Source of the DNA: Candidatus Kuenenia stuttgartensis
Lineage (GTDB): Bacteria > Planctomycetota > Brocadiia > Brocadiales > Brocadiaceae
Reading direction: 5' to 3'
Assembly (NCBI RefSeq): GCF_900232105.1
Contig: NZ_LT934425.1
Span: forward strand, 300,001-332,000
Length of the DNA: 32,000 nt
A program made the translations under genes and the position numbers. The notes under the pieces are model-generated. The model did no database searches, was not told the origin of the DNA, and worked only from the letters and a program-made list of their open reading frames with translations. Positions within the stretch are counted from its first letter, which is position 1. Every line of letters starts with the position of its first letter. Of the stretch, positions 24,837-32,000 are shown one piece after another.

Positions 24837-26162
24837 TCACTGCGATAGTTGTATCCCCACTGCCCTTTCAAGATTTGCCAGATTTGTTTCATAATCAACT
24901 ACCGATTTATAATACTGAAGCTGTGAATCTAAAAGCACTCGCTGACTGTCAATCAGGCTGAGAAAATCGATGATATCCGCTTCATAGCCGATTTGCGCCG
25001 CTTTAAGCGCTTGTTCCGCCTGGGGAATAACGCCAGTTTTGAAAAGATTTACCGTGCTTTTCGATGATTGTAATCTGACGAAATAATCTTTTACTTCGAA
25101 AAGCGTCTTATTATTAATATACCGGTGCTCTGATCTGGAGGCAGAAAGAGCCTCATTTGCTTCCTCCACCCTGGCGCGGTTCTTCGGCCATAACCATGGT
25201 ATATTAATCGTAATAGAAGACGCCCACGCATCCGGGTTTCCGTCATTCTGCATATATTCAACCATAGGTTCAAAGTCCATAAAGTAATAGTCTTTTCTTG
25301 AAAGTTTTAGCTGTGCCTCATCCCTTTTGATTGCGTGGTCATATTTCTTTAGTTCAGGCCTGTTGTTTGAAGCAAGGTTTTCCAACCCTTCTAACGTTAC
25401 ATCCAAATTATGTATCTCAATAAGAGGGGGATCGCCCAATGGATGCTGCGGATGCCTGTCAAGTAAAACATTCATCATGGCAACAACCGACTCTTTTTCC
25501 TTGTTCAAAACAATAAGTTCATTCGTAAGTGTTGACAACTCTACCTGTGCAGAAAGCACATCCCTTTGCGATGTTTTGCCAACGGCGTATTTTGTTTCCG
25601 CGATTTTTGAAAATTTACGAAGCAGCTCCCTGTTCTCTTCCGTAATTGCAATAGCGCGGTTTACGTAAAACAGATCATAAAAGGCGGTTTTTACCAGGGC
25701 GGTAATTTCCTGCACCTTTGCCAACAGATCTTCTTCCGCCATTTTAGATTCCTGAGTTGCTATCTTCCCTCTCATGGCAAGTTTACCGGGAAATGGAATT
25801 TTCTGAGTCACGGCGTACCGCTGTTGCAGCATGCTGGTTTGGCCGTTAATGTTGAGAGGTTGGTTGGACATATTAAAAGAACCTGCCCGAAACATGGGGT
25901 CTTCGAGTGATTTCGCCTGAGAAATTCTCGACGCGGAAGCATTTAACCGCTGACGCACAGCAATAATCTCAGGATTATGTTCCATCGCCTCATTAATTAG
26001 CCACTGTATGTTTAACGTACCGGCAGGCTTTTCTTTAGGTTTGTCAGCGCCCACTTCTTCTTTTGTCTTTGATGGGGAAGTATCACAACTCCCGGTTCGT
26101 GAAATCAGGACAAATTGGGTGAAAAAAAGTAAAATGAGTATGAACATCTTTTCGTATTTCAT
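24837..26162 (-). CDS. TolC/OEP-family outer membrane protein (lipoprotein-type leader)
   Basis: The ORF track gives 24837..26210. I prefer the internal ATG at 26162 (MKYEKMFILILLFFTQFVLISRTGSC), though the start remains uncertain. The two-repeat OEP sequence organisation is similar to that of 2312..3772. Confidence 0.82.
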   Translation of the reverse strand: MKYEKMFILILLFFTQFVLISRTGSCDTSPSKTKEEVGADKPKEKPAGTLNIQWLINEAMEHNPEIIAVRQRLNASASRISQAKSLEDPMFRAGSFNMSNQPLNINGQTSMLQQRYAVTQKIPFPGKLAMRGKIATQESKMAEEDLLAKVQEITALVKTAFYDLFYVNRAIAITEENRELLRKFSKIAETKYAVGKTSQRDVLSAQVELSTLTNELIVLNKEKESVVAMMNVLLDRHPQHPLGDPPLIEIHNLDVTLEGLENLASNNRPELKKYDHAIKRDEAQLKLSRKDYYFMDFEPMVEYMQNDGNPDAWASSITINIPWLWPKNRARVEEANEALSASRSEHRYINNKTLFEVKDYFVRLQSSKSTVNLFKTGVIPQAEQALKAAQIGYEADIIDFLSLIDSQRVLLDSQLQYYKSVVDYETNLANLERAVGIQLSQ

Positions 26163-26235
26163 ATTTAACATTTCGGATTTTACCATTAAATATTTTGACA
26201 AAAAATGCAAAGAAATCTCTGATAAGGTACTGAAA

Positions 26236-27234
26236 TCACTCTTTACACGTAACCATATGACAATTACCTTCTTTGCACCCGGCTTCGCTGGTTAACAGAT
26301 GTGTATGAAAATAGACGGACGAAAAAAGTATCCCTGAGAAAAAAACCGATACGACGCTTAGATAGCAAGGCATCGCAAATAATCCGCCTTTGCTGAATGA
26401 TGATACTTTTGGTTCTACCAAACGGCTTATACGCTCTTCAAATGCCTGCTGTTCATTCGAAAATGAGGCTATCGCTATTTGCGTCATATGCTTTGTATTG
26501 TATCCGGACATTTTGACAAGGGCGCTTGCCAATGCAAGTGGTTCATTCATAAGCCGCAAAGCAGCATCGTCCGCAGCCTTCTCAGAGTGCATTTTATACA
26601 ACCGCACAAGATAATTATTAACCGGCAGAAAGAAATGAAGCGCACAGAATATCTGCATTATCGCAAATCGTAACGGGTCCCTGTGTTTCAGATGATGAAA
26701 TTCGTGAAGAACCACCGACTGTAGCTCTTTTGGGGTCAGATAAGAAAAAAGGCCGGCAGACAAACATATTTTGGGGCGAAATATGCCAAAGGTAAAGGCA
26801 TTGAATATTTTCTGCCCGGATACAAATATCGGGGAGTTTTTACATGGCAGTGTATTTAATGTATCATCCCCAATCGGATACTCTTTTATGTCCGTCAAAC
26901 CAAGAGAACGAAACAGACTGCGGTTTATAGTAAAGAGTAAAAACGCCTTATAAAAAGCCCTGCCGACGCCAACGAAATAAATACCCATACAAAGAAAATA
27001 AAACAACAGACACAGCGTATAAAAGCTGAAAAGGCAATTCAGACAAATACTTCCACAACAAGTTGCAGAGTGGTACGTGTTAAAAATCCCTTTTATATAG
27101 CTGTTAACACTCACCAGAATGCCGGCAACAAAAGCAGAGGCAATGATGCTGTTTATCAACAAAAAAAGAGCAAAACACTTATCAGCATTCTTTTGCTGAT
27201 TATTAGAAACGTTCTCTCCCCCTTTATTTTCCAT
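26236..27234 (-). CDS. M56-family (BlaR1/MecR1-like) membrane zinc peptidase lacking a penicillin-binding sensor domain
   Basis: 332 aa with multiple TM segments and the HEFHHLKHRDP (HExxH) motif. The Cys cluster HSATCCGSICLNC lies near TM2. The C-terminal tail is FHTHLLTSEAGCKEGNCHMVTCKE. The start overlaps the blaI-like gene by 11 nt. Confidence 0.85.
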   Translation of the reverse strand: MENKGGENVSNNQQKNADKCFALFLLINSIIASAFVAGILVSVNSYIKGIFNTYHSATCCGSICLNCLFSFYTLCLLFYFLCMGIYFVGVGRAFYKAFLLFTINRSLFRSLGLTDIKEYPIGDDTLNTLPCKNSPIFVSGQKIFNAFTFGIFRPKICLSAGLFSYLTPKELQSVVLHEFHHLKHRDPLRFAIMQIFCALHFFLPVNNYLVRLYKMHSEKAADDAALRLMNEPLALASALVKMSGYNTKHMTQIAIASFSNEQQAFEERISRLVEPKVSSFSKGGLFAMPCYLSVVSVFFSGILFSSVYFHTHLLTSEAGCKEGNCHMVTCKE

Positions 27235-27682
27235 TGATTTGCTCTTTCTTAAGCGATTGTTTCTTGGATTCTATGAGTTGCGAAAAATATTCCATCTTGT
27301 CCGGATTTAACTGCGACATGCATTCAACAAAATGAACCATTGCGGCTTTTAGCGACAGACCTGAAATCCCCTCAACAACAGCCTTCGACACCATCTCATA
27401 AAACTGTTCCTTACTATACAAAGGTTTATACAGGAAGGCCTTCTTTTCCCTTCTTCTGGTCAAAAGCCCCTTTTTCGTCATCCGGTTGGTGACAGTAATC
27501 ACGGTCGAATAAGAAACACTCCTCTCCTGAGGAAACGATTCCAGGATATCCTTCACGCTGCCCTCACCCTTCATCCACAATGCATTCATAATATCTTCTT
27601 CCAGTTTCCCCAGTACCTGATTCAGCCCTTTCCTGAAAGGATTAAAATTAAATTTCAACAGCTTCCCCTCCACATTTTGCAT
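27224..27682 (-). CDS. BlaI/MecI/CopY-family winged-helix transcriptional repressor
   Basis: 152 aa. LGKLEEDIMNALWMKGEGSVKDILESFPQERSVSYSTVITVTNRMTKKGLLTRRREKKAFLYKPLYSKEQ matches the penicillinase-repressor fold pattern. There is no CopY-type C-terminal CxCx4CxC. The true start may be a downstream TTG following GGAGGGG. Confidence 0.85.
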   Translation of the reverse strand: MQNVEGKLLKFNFNPFRKGLNQVLGKLEEDIMNALWMKGEGSVKDILESFPQERSVSYSTVITVTNRMTKKGLLTRRREKKAFLYKPLYSKEQFYEMVSKAVVEGISGLSLKAAMVHFVECMSQLNPDKMEYFSQLIESKKQSLKKEQINGK

Positions 27683-27769
27683 TAATTTTGCATTAATTAG
27701 TGTTATAGAATCTTAAGTGTATTGACACAATAATAAGCCCTTTTGGGCAAATCATTGTCAATTGAAATT

Positions 27770-27799
27770 ATTATATTCTACACCATGTAAAAGATGCAA
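27770..27799 (-). promoter_or_regulatory. Candidate sigma70-type promoter with an embedded TACA-N3-TGTA palindrome (BlaI/CopY-box-like operator)
   Basis: The minus strand reads TTGCAT (27799-27794), an 18-nt spacer cttttacatggtgtagaa, then TATAAT (27775-27770). The spacer contains the palindrome at 27779-27789. It lies ~90 nt upstream of the blaI-like ATG. Confidence 0.45.
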
Positions 27800-27824
27800 G
27801 ATTTTTTTTAGTTTTATGTAATGG

Positions 27825-27918
27825 GACGAGCCTCGTCGCACTACGCCGAAGGCCTAACTCCATTCTCGTTCCCAAGTTCCGACTTGGGAACGTACGTGCC
27901 CTGGAAGCTCCTGCTTCC
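27825..27918. repeat. Cluster of three REP-like hairpin units
   Basis: gacgagcctcgtcgcactac (27825-27844) shares its core with 29436-29462. gttcccaagt-tccg-acttgggaac (27868-27891) has a 10-bp stem. ggaagc-tcct-gcttcc (27903-27918) has a 6-bp stem. Confidence 0.75.
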
Positions 27919-28167
27919 ATTTAATAACAAATATTGGGATCAAAAGACGCCTTTTGTAAACCGAATGTTTCCCTTTTGCGTCCAAACCCATCTTCATATC
28001 CGAGACTCCTTTTGTCAAAATACGAAGCAGCCTGGCAAACTATCAGATATATTTTTGACAGATATCTGCCCTCTATATACAAACCGAAGCTGGCATAGCC
28101 AGAAGCAAACAAGCACGAGATAAAAAACACGAAGCACGAAATACGAAAAATGCGCTTGTTTAGAATG

Positions 28168-29358
28168 TCAGATCATTTTGTCATTAGAATTTGTTTCGGA
28201 TTTCACAATTACAGGCTGTGTTTCCTGCCTGAGAAAACGGAATATTTCTTCCGCCGCACGTTCAGATGCTCCTGGTTTTCCTATATCATCCATGAGTGAG
28301 CGTAGGTTTTCAATACACAGGTGTCTTTTTTGGTTATTCCTGAGCAATTCTATTGCCTGATTGGCCAGCCTGGAATAATTGTTACTGCACATGAGCGTTT
28401 CCGGAACAATCATCTTGTTTGCCAATATGTTTACCAGTCCGATATAAGGGGTGGTAAGGAACGGCCTGGCAATAAAATAAGCGAATGGTGAAATTTTATA
28501 AACAATAAGCATTGGTGTATGGTAATAGGCAATTTGCAGTGTAACAGTTCCAGAGCCGGCAAGGCAGATATCGGAAGACTGAATTATCTTGCGAACACAG
28601 CCAACGATAATTTCGGCGGGAAGATGAGATGCTTCTACTATTAAACGAATAAGAGAGAAATACTGTTCGCTGGTACAGGAAACGAGGATTTTTATGGAAG
28701 GGATGGTCTGTTTTATTTGTTTTGCTGCCCGGAGCAATAGCGGCAGCAGTCGGATAATTTCCTGTTTTCTGCTTCCGGGAAGCAGGGAAACGATGTACTC
28801 CCCCACTTGTTTTTCTTCCATCGAAAGGTGATTATTGATGCGTCGTTCCCTGTCTAATTCATCAAACAATGGGTGTCCAACATACGTGACCGGCAGTCCG
28901 GAAGTTTCATAAAAAGATTTTTCAAATGGATAGATGACGATTAAGAAGTCGACCAGTTTCCTTAGTTTTTTTATTCGCCATGGCCCGTGCGCCCATAATT
29001 GTGGAGTAATGTAATAAATTACCGGTATTTTTAATTTTTTTGCTGCCCTCGCAAGCTGGAAATTGAAACCGCAATAATCAATTAAGATGACGGCGCAAGG
29101 GGTTTCATGTTGAAAAAAGCGAACGCAATCTTTTTTCATGCGCAAAAAAGCGGATAATTCTGTCAAGGCGTGAAGCCACATGAGTGATTTTGTTTTCATA
29201 TCGCAAAGACAATGCAGGCCCGCTTCATTCATACGTTCTTTCCCCAAACCATAAAAGGTGATATTGGGATTTTTCTTAAGGAGGCTGCGCATCAGATTTG
29301 CTCCGTGGATATCCCCGGAGGATTCTCCCGCGCTGATAAATATCTTATAATTGTTCAT
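28168..29358 (-). CDS. lpxB: Lipid-A-disaccharide synthase LpxB
   Basis: The ORF track extends to 29487, but that extension translates REP hairpins. I prefer ATG 29358 (MNNYKIFISAGESSGDIHGANLMRSLL), the canonical LpxB N-terminus (AGExSGD). That gives ~396 aa. Confidence 0.88.
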   Translation of the reverse strand: MNNYKIFISAGESSGDIHGANLMRSLLKKNPNITFYGLGKERMNEAGLHCLCDMKTKSLMWLHALTELSAFLRMKKDCVRFFQHETPCAVILIDYCGFNFQLARAAKKLKIPVIYYITPQLWAHGPWRIKKLRKLVDFLIVIYPFEKSFYETSGLPVTYVGHPLFDELDRERRINNHLSMEEKQVGEYIVSLLPGSRKQEIIRLLPLLLRAAKQIKQTIPSIKILVSCTSEQYFSLIRLIVEASHLPAEIIVGCVRKIIQSSDICLAGSGTVTLQIAYYHTPMLIVYKISPFAYFIARPFLTTPYIGLVNILANKMIVPETLMCSNNYSRLANQAIELLRNNQKRHLCIENLRSLMDDIGKPGASERAAEEIFRFLRQETQPVIVKSETNSNDKMI

Positions 29359-29397
29359 ACGTTTGAAAATGTGAATGTGTAATAGTTTATGGAGATG

Positions 29398-29502
29398 GTA
29401 ACACTTTGGTCTTTTGAAACTGGAAATTGTCATTTGTAGTGCGACGAACCTCGTCGCACTACATGAATTTAGTGGGCTTAGTAACACCTTAGTCTTTTGA
29501 AA
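29398..29502. repeat. 22-bp direct repeats (2 mismatches) flanking a 12-bp-stem hairpin
   Basis: gtaacactttggtcttttgaaa (29398-29419) and gtaacaccttagtcttttgaaa (29481-29502) flank the hairpin gtagtgcgacga-acc-tcgtcgcactac (29436-29462). Confidence 0.8.
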
Positions 29503-29508
29503 AAGTAA

Positions 29509-29573
29509 GGGCGAAGCATTTGCCCGCTTGGGTGTGAACGCATTTATGACAATTTACAGCAAATGCTTCGCCC
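29509..29573. repeat. Perfect 15-bp inverted repeat with a 35-nt loop (REP/MITE-like)
   Basis: gggcgaagcatttgc (29509-29523) and gcaaatgcttcgccc (29559-29573) are exact reverse complements. Confidence 0.85.
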
Positions 29574-29645
29574 CTACATTGCTATTATTGGAATTTTTCA
29601 AAAAGCCAAATTGTTACCAATCATTTCATTTTCAGGCAGAGCGTA

Positions 29646-30869
29646 TTATCCTTGCCCTTCGCTTTCCTTTTCTGGTATTTTCCTGTCTTGCAATGGCGCA
29701 GGTGAAGGGGTATTTATTTTCTTTCGGGGTATTCGTTGGCGTGATCTGGCTTCTTCATTAAAAGGGTTTTTTCCTATCCAACAGGGAGAGATTTTCCTGC
29801 TGGAAATAACTTTACTGAGGAGCGAAAGGTCCTTTTTTGCAACCAGGGTAAAGGCTATTCCCTTCCTTCCCATACGGCCTGCACGTCCTGTACGATGCGT
29901 ATATTGCTCACCATCTCTTGGCATATCCCAATTAATCACATGCGATACATGAGAAAAGTCAAGCCCCCTTCCCGCAACGTCGCTCGCAATAAGGTAGCGG
30001 ATTTTTTGGCTTCTAAATCTGCGAATAATTGATGAACGCTTGTCCTGTGCGAGTCCGGCGTGCATATACTCAATATCATGAAAATCTTTCCTAAGCAGCC
30101 GAAACAGAGAGTCAACCATGTGCCGTGCATTACAGAAGATAAGCGCCTGGTTCACCTCCTCGCCCTTGAGATATTTAACGAGTTCTTCATGCTTTTGTTT
30201 CGGGTTGACATAAGAAAAATAATGTTCAATGCTTTCCGGTGCAGATCTCTTTGTAACAAGCGATATATACTGGGGTTCATGCAAACAGTCTTGTGTAAGT
30301 TTTTTTATATCATCGGGCATCGTTGCGGAAAAAAGCAGTGTTTGATGTTTGTGCCGTATACATGACAAAATGAATTCGATATCCTCAAGGAATCCTACCT
30401 TTAGCAGCTCGTCCGCCTCATCAAGGATAACACATTTTATCCGTGCAAATGAAAGTATCCCTTCGTACAAAAGATCTATGAGCCGTCCTGGGGTTGCCAC
30501 TAAAATATGCACTGTCTGTTTTACTCTGGCTATCTGTGCCGCCCTATCAAATCCGCCATAAACGGCATAAGGGATAACGTCCGTTTTTGCCGCTATTTTC
30601 CTGATCTCCTCCACATACTGCATACACAATTCACGAGTCGGAACAATCACAAGTCCCTGAATGGCGTCGAGGGAGGGATCAACTTTTTGAATAAGTGGGA
30701 TGGCGCAGGCTGCCGTCTTTCCCGACCCAGTCTCTGCCAGGGCACATAAATCATGGCCTGCGAAGATTATAGGGTAAGTCGCCTCCTGGATGGGAGTCAT
30801 TTCATTATATCCCATTTTATCGAGGGCTTTGAGGATGTCTGCAGAAAGCTCAAGGTCGCTGAATTTCAT
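29646..30869 (-). CDS. DEAD-box ATP-dependent RNA helicase
   Basis: 407 aa. Motifs present: a Q-motif region, AETGSGKT, PTRELC, DEAD, SAT, HRTGRAGR. The C-terminal tail is basic. Confidence 0.93.
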   Translation of the reverse strand: MKFSDLELSADILKALDKMGYNEMTPIQEATYPIIFAGHDLCALAETGSGKTAACAIPLIQKVDPSLDAIQGLVIVPTRELCMQYVEEIRKIAAKTDVIPYAVYGGFDRAAQIARVKQTVHILVATPGRLIDLLYEGILSFARIKCVILDEADELLKVGFLEDIEFILSCIRHKHQTLLFSATMPDDIKKLTQDCLHEPQYISLVTKRSAPESIEHYFSYVNPKQKHEELVKYLKGEEVNQALIFCNARHMVDSLFRLLRKDFHDIEYMHAGLAQDKRSSIIRRFRSQKIRYLIASDVAGRGLDFSHVSHVINWDMPRDGEQYTHRTGRAGRMGRKGIAFTLVAKKDLSLLSKVISSRKISPCWIGKNPFNEEARSRQRIPRKKINTPSPAPLQDRKIPEKESEGQG

Positions 30870-31052
30870 GTATAGTTATCCCCCTCCACAAGGCAATGAC
30901 CGCATAAATAGAACACAATGGCATTGGGTTAATTAAAAAGTTTTTACTCATATCATTTTTTTAAATCTATCTCCTTAAACATAAACCTTAATTTTTCACA
31001 AATTAAATCTTTTCCACTTCATTATCCTGTATTTTTTCCAGCATGGGTGGTT

Positions 31053-31176
31053 AAGGTTGCAACCAAATGTCATTAAGTTAAAGTTGTTTGATTAAAAACA
31101 ACCCCCTTTATCCCCCTTTATTAAGGGAGACTTTTGCGGCAGGTAGATTAACTTAATGACATTGGCTTGCAAACCT
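31053..31176. repeat. Imperfect ~29-bp inverted repeat element (MITE/REP-like) with a C/T-rich loop
   Basis: aaggttgcaaccaaatgtcattaagttaa (31053-31081) matches the reverse complement of ttaacttaatgacattggcttgcaaacct (31148-31176), with a 17-bp near-perfect core. The loop contains ccccctttatccccctttattaaggga. Confidence 0.75.
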
Positions 31177-31302
31177 GAACGGGCGGGAATATCGTTAATT
31201 TTGCAGTGATTACGATGTGATTGTCCTGGCAGACCCATCAATCATAGAGAATACGTGCAATACGCCCTATACAAGAATAGTTTTAAATTCTTTAACGTTG
31301 AA

Positions 31303-32000
31303 TTATACTGGCACCGGAGACATTTTCCATATTTCATTATTATATTCTTCTATCGTTCTGTCACTGGAAAATTTGCCGCTGCAGGCAGTATTCAAGATGC
31401 TCATCCTCGTCCATTTATTCTGATCCCGATACGCCTCTGCTACTTTTTTCTGAGCGTTGACATAACTTCTGAAATCTGCAATCGTCATCCACGGGTCGTT
31501 CGGACTGGTAAGCGAATGAATAATGCTATCAAATATTTTATATTCAAACTGGTTGAAATGGCCGCTTGTAAGTAACTGCATCACGCGAAGCAAGTCCTCG
31601 TCCGTGTGAATAATCGCATCCGGGTTATAGTTTTTTCGTAATTGGAAAACTTCTTCAGCAGTCAAACCAAAAAAAAAGAGGTTTTCATCTCCAACTTCTT
31701 TGCGAATTTCAATGTTAGCGCCGTCGAGTGTGCCGATAGTTATAGCGCCGTTCATCATGAATTTCATATTTCCCGTGCCCGAGGCTTCTTTTCCTGCCGT
31801 AGAAATTTGTTCGGAAAGGTCTGTGCCAGGGGCAATAATTTCCATGGCAGTTACAGAATAATTCGGCAAAAAAACCACTTTTAAATATTCGTGCATCTTT
31901 GGATCGGCGTTAATTACCTCCGCAACATTATTTATCAATTTAATAATGGTTTTTGCCATAAAATATCCCGAAGCGGCTTTTCCGCCAAAAAGGATGAGTC
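31303..32000 (-). CDS. glgP: Glycogen/maltodextrin phosphorylase, C-terminal part (5' end lies beyond the window)
   Basis: The frame continues open to position 32000. It contains the PLP-lysine region ISTAGKEASGTGNMKFMMNGAITIGTLDGANIEI and a typical C-terminus ending SSDRTIEEYNNEIW. Confidence 0.92.
   Translation of the reverse strand, partial: LILFGGKAASGYFMAKTIIKLINNVAEVINADPKMHEYLKVVFLPNYSVTAMEIIAPGTDLSEQISTAGKEASGTGNMKFMMNGAITIGTLDGANIEIRKEVGDENLFFFGLTAEEVFQLRKNYNPDAIIHTDEDLLRVMQLLTSGHFNQFEYKIFDSIIHSLTSPNDPWMTIADFRSYVNAQKKVAEAYRDQNKWTRMSILNTACSGKFSSDRTIEEYNNEIWKMSPVPV

Noticed and set aside
27821-28130. 100-aa (+) and 69-aa (-) ORFs between the blaI-like gene and lpxB
   Set aside because: The sequence MGRASSHYAEGLTPFSFPSSDLGTYVPWKLL is a read-through of three REP hairpins, a typical artefact.
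29359-29487. N-terminal 43-codon extension of lpxB given by the ORF track
   Set aside because: The extension covers the direct repeats and the 12-bp-stem hairpin. The canonical LpxB N-terminus (IFISAGESSGD) begins at the internal ATG 29358.
1-32000. CRISPR arrays, tRNA/rRNA genes, integrases
   Set aside because: None was found by eye. The repeats present are isolated hairpins of different families without regular repeat-spacer periodicity, and no cloverleaf-like or rRNA-like segments appear in the intergenic regions.

Overview
About 24 genes and gene fragments, all on the minus strand, at roughly 40-42% GC. The multihaem cytochrome, twin-arginine multicopper oxidase and dense REP-like hairpins fit a Planctomycetota or anammox-type genome, but that is a low-confidence guess. 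The window is a mosaic. Housekeeping and glycogen genes (glgP fragment, DEAD-box helicase, lpxB, glgX, a decayed GH15 gene) are interleaved with an unusually elaborate heavy-metal (Cus-like) efflux island. Island part 1 (340-4122): a secreted CxxC-repeat protein (partial), a multicopper oxidase, a TolC/CusC-like lipoprotein and a small HMBD lipoprotein. Island part 2 (5024-17347) is one long apparent operon: CheY-like receiver, radical SAM (twitch/SPASM-like), P2-type cation ATPase, secreted 8xCxxC protein, CusB-like adaptor, a 2.25 kb insertion, then CusA. A third module (22450-27799) holds a BlaI-type repressor, a sensor-less M56 (BlaR1-like) peptidase, a TolC-family lipoprotein, an octahaem cytochrome c and a His-rich HMBD mini-protein. 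Candidates I rank highest for being undescribed: (a) the HMBD/CxxC-saturated Cus variant, with 8 HMBD modules in 3 proteins, six of them in the adaptor, and five of those as a tandem array inserted in its beta-barrel region, plus a two-member family of secreted double zinc-ribbon-like CxxC proteins and a co-operonic radical SAM enzyme; (b) the 2.25 kb element that exactly fills the cusB-cusA gap, bounded by a 10-bp inverted repeat and carrying a 518-aa protein with no recognisable catalytic motif plus a frameshifted GxxExxY gene; (c) the BlaI/M56 pair with Cys/His-rich segments in place of a penicillin-binding sensor, sitting upstream of an OMP and an octahaem cytochrome. All functional calls rest on motifs read by eye, with no database search.
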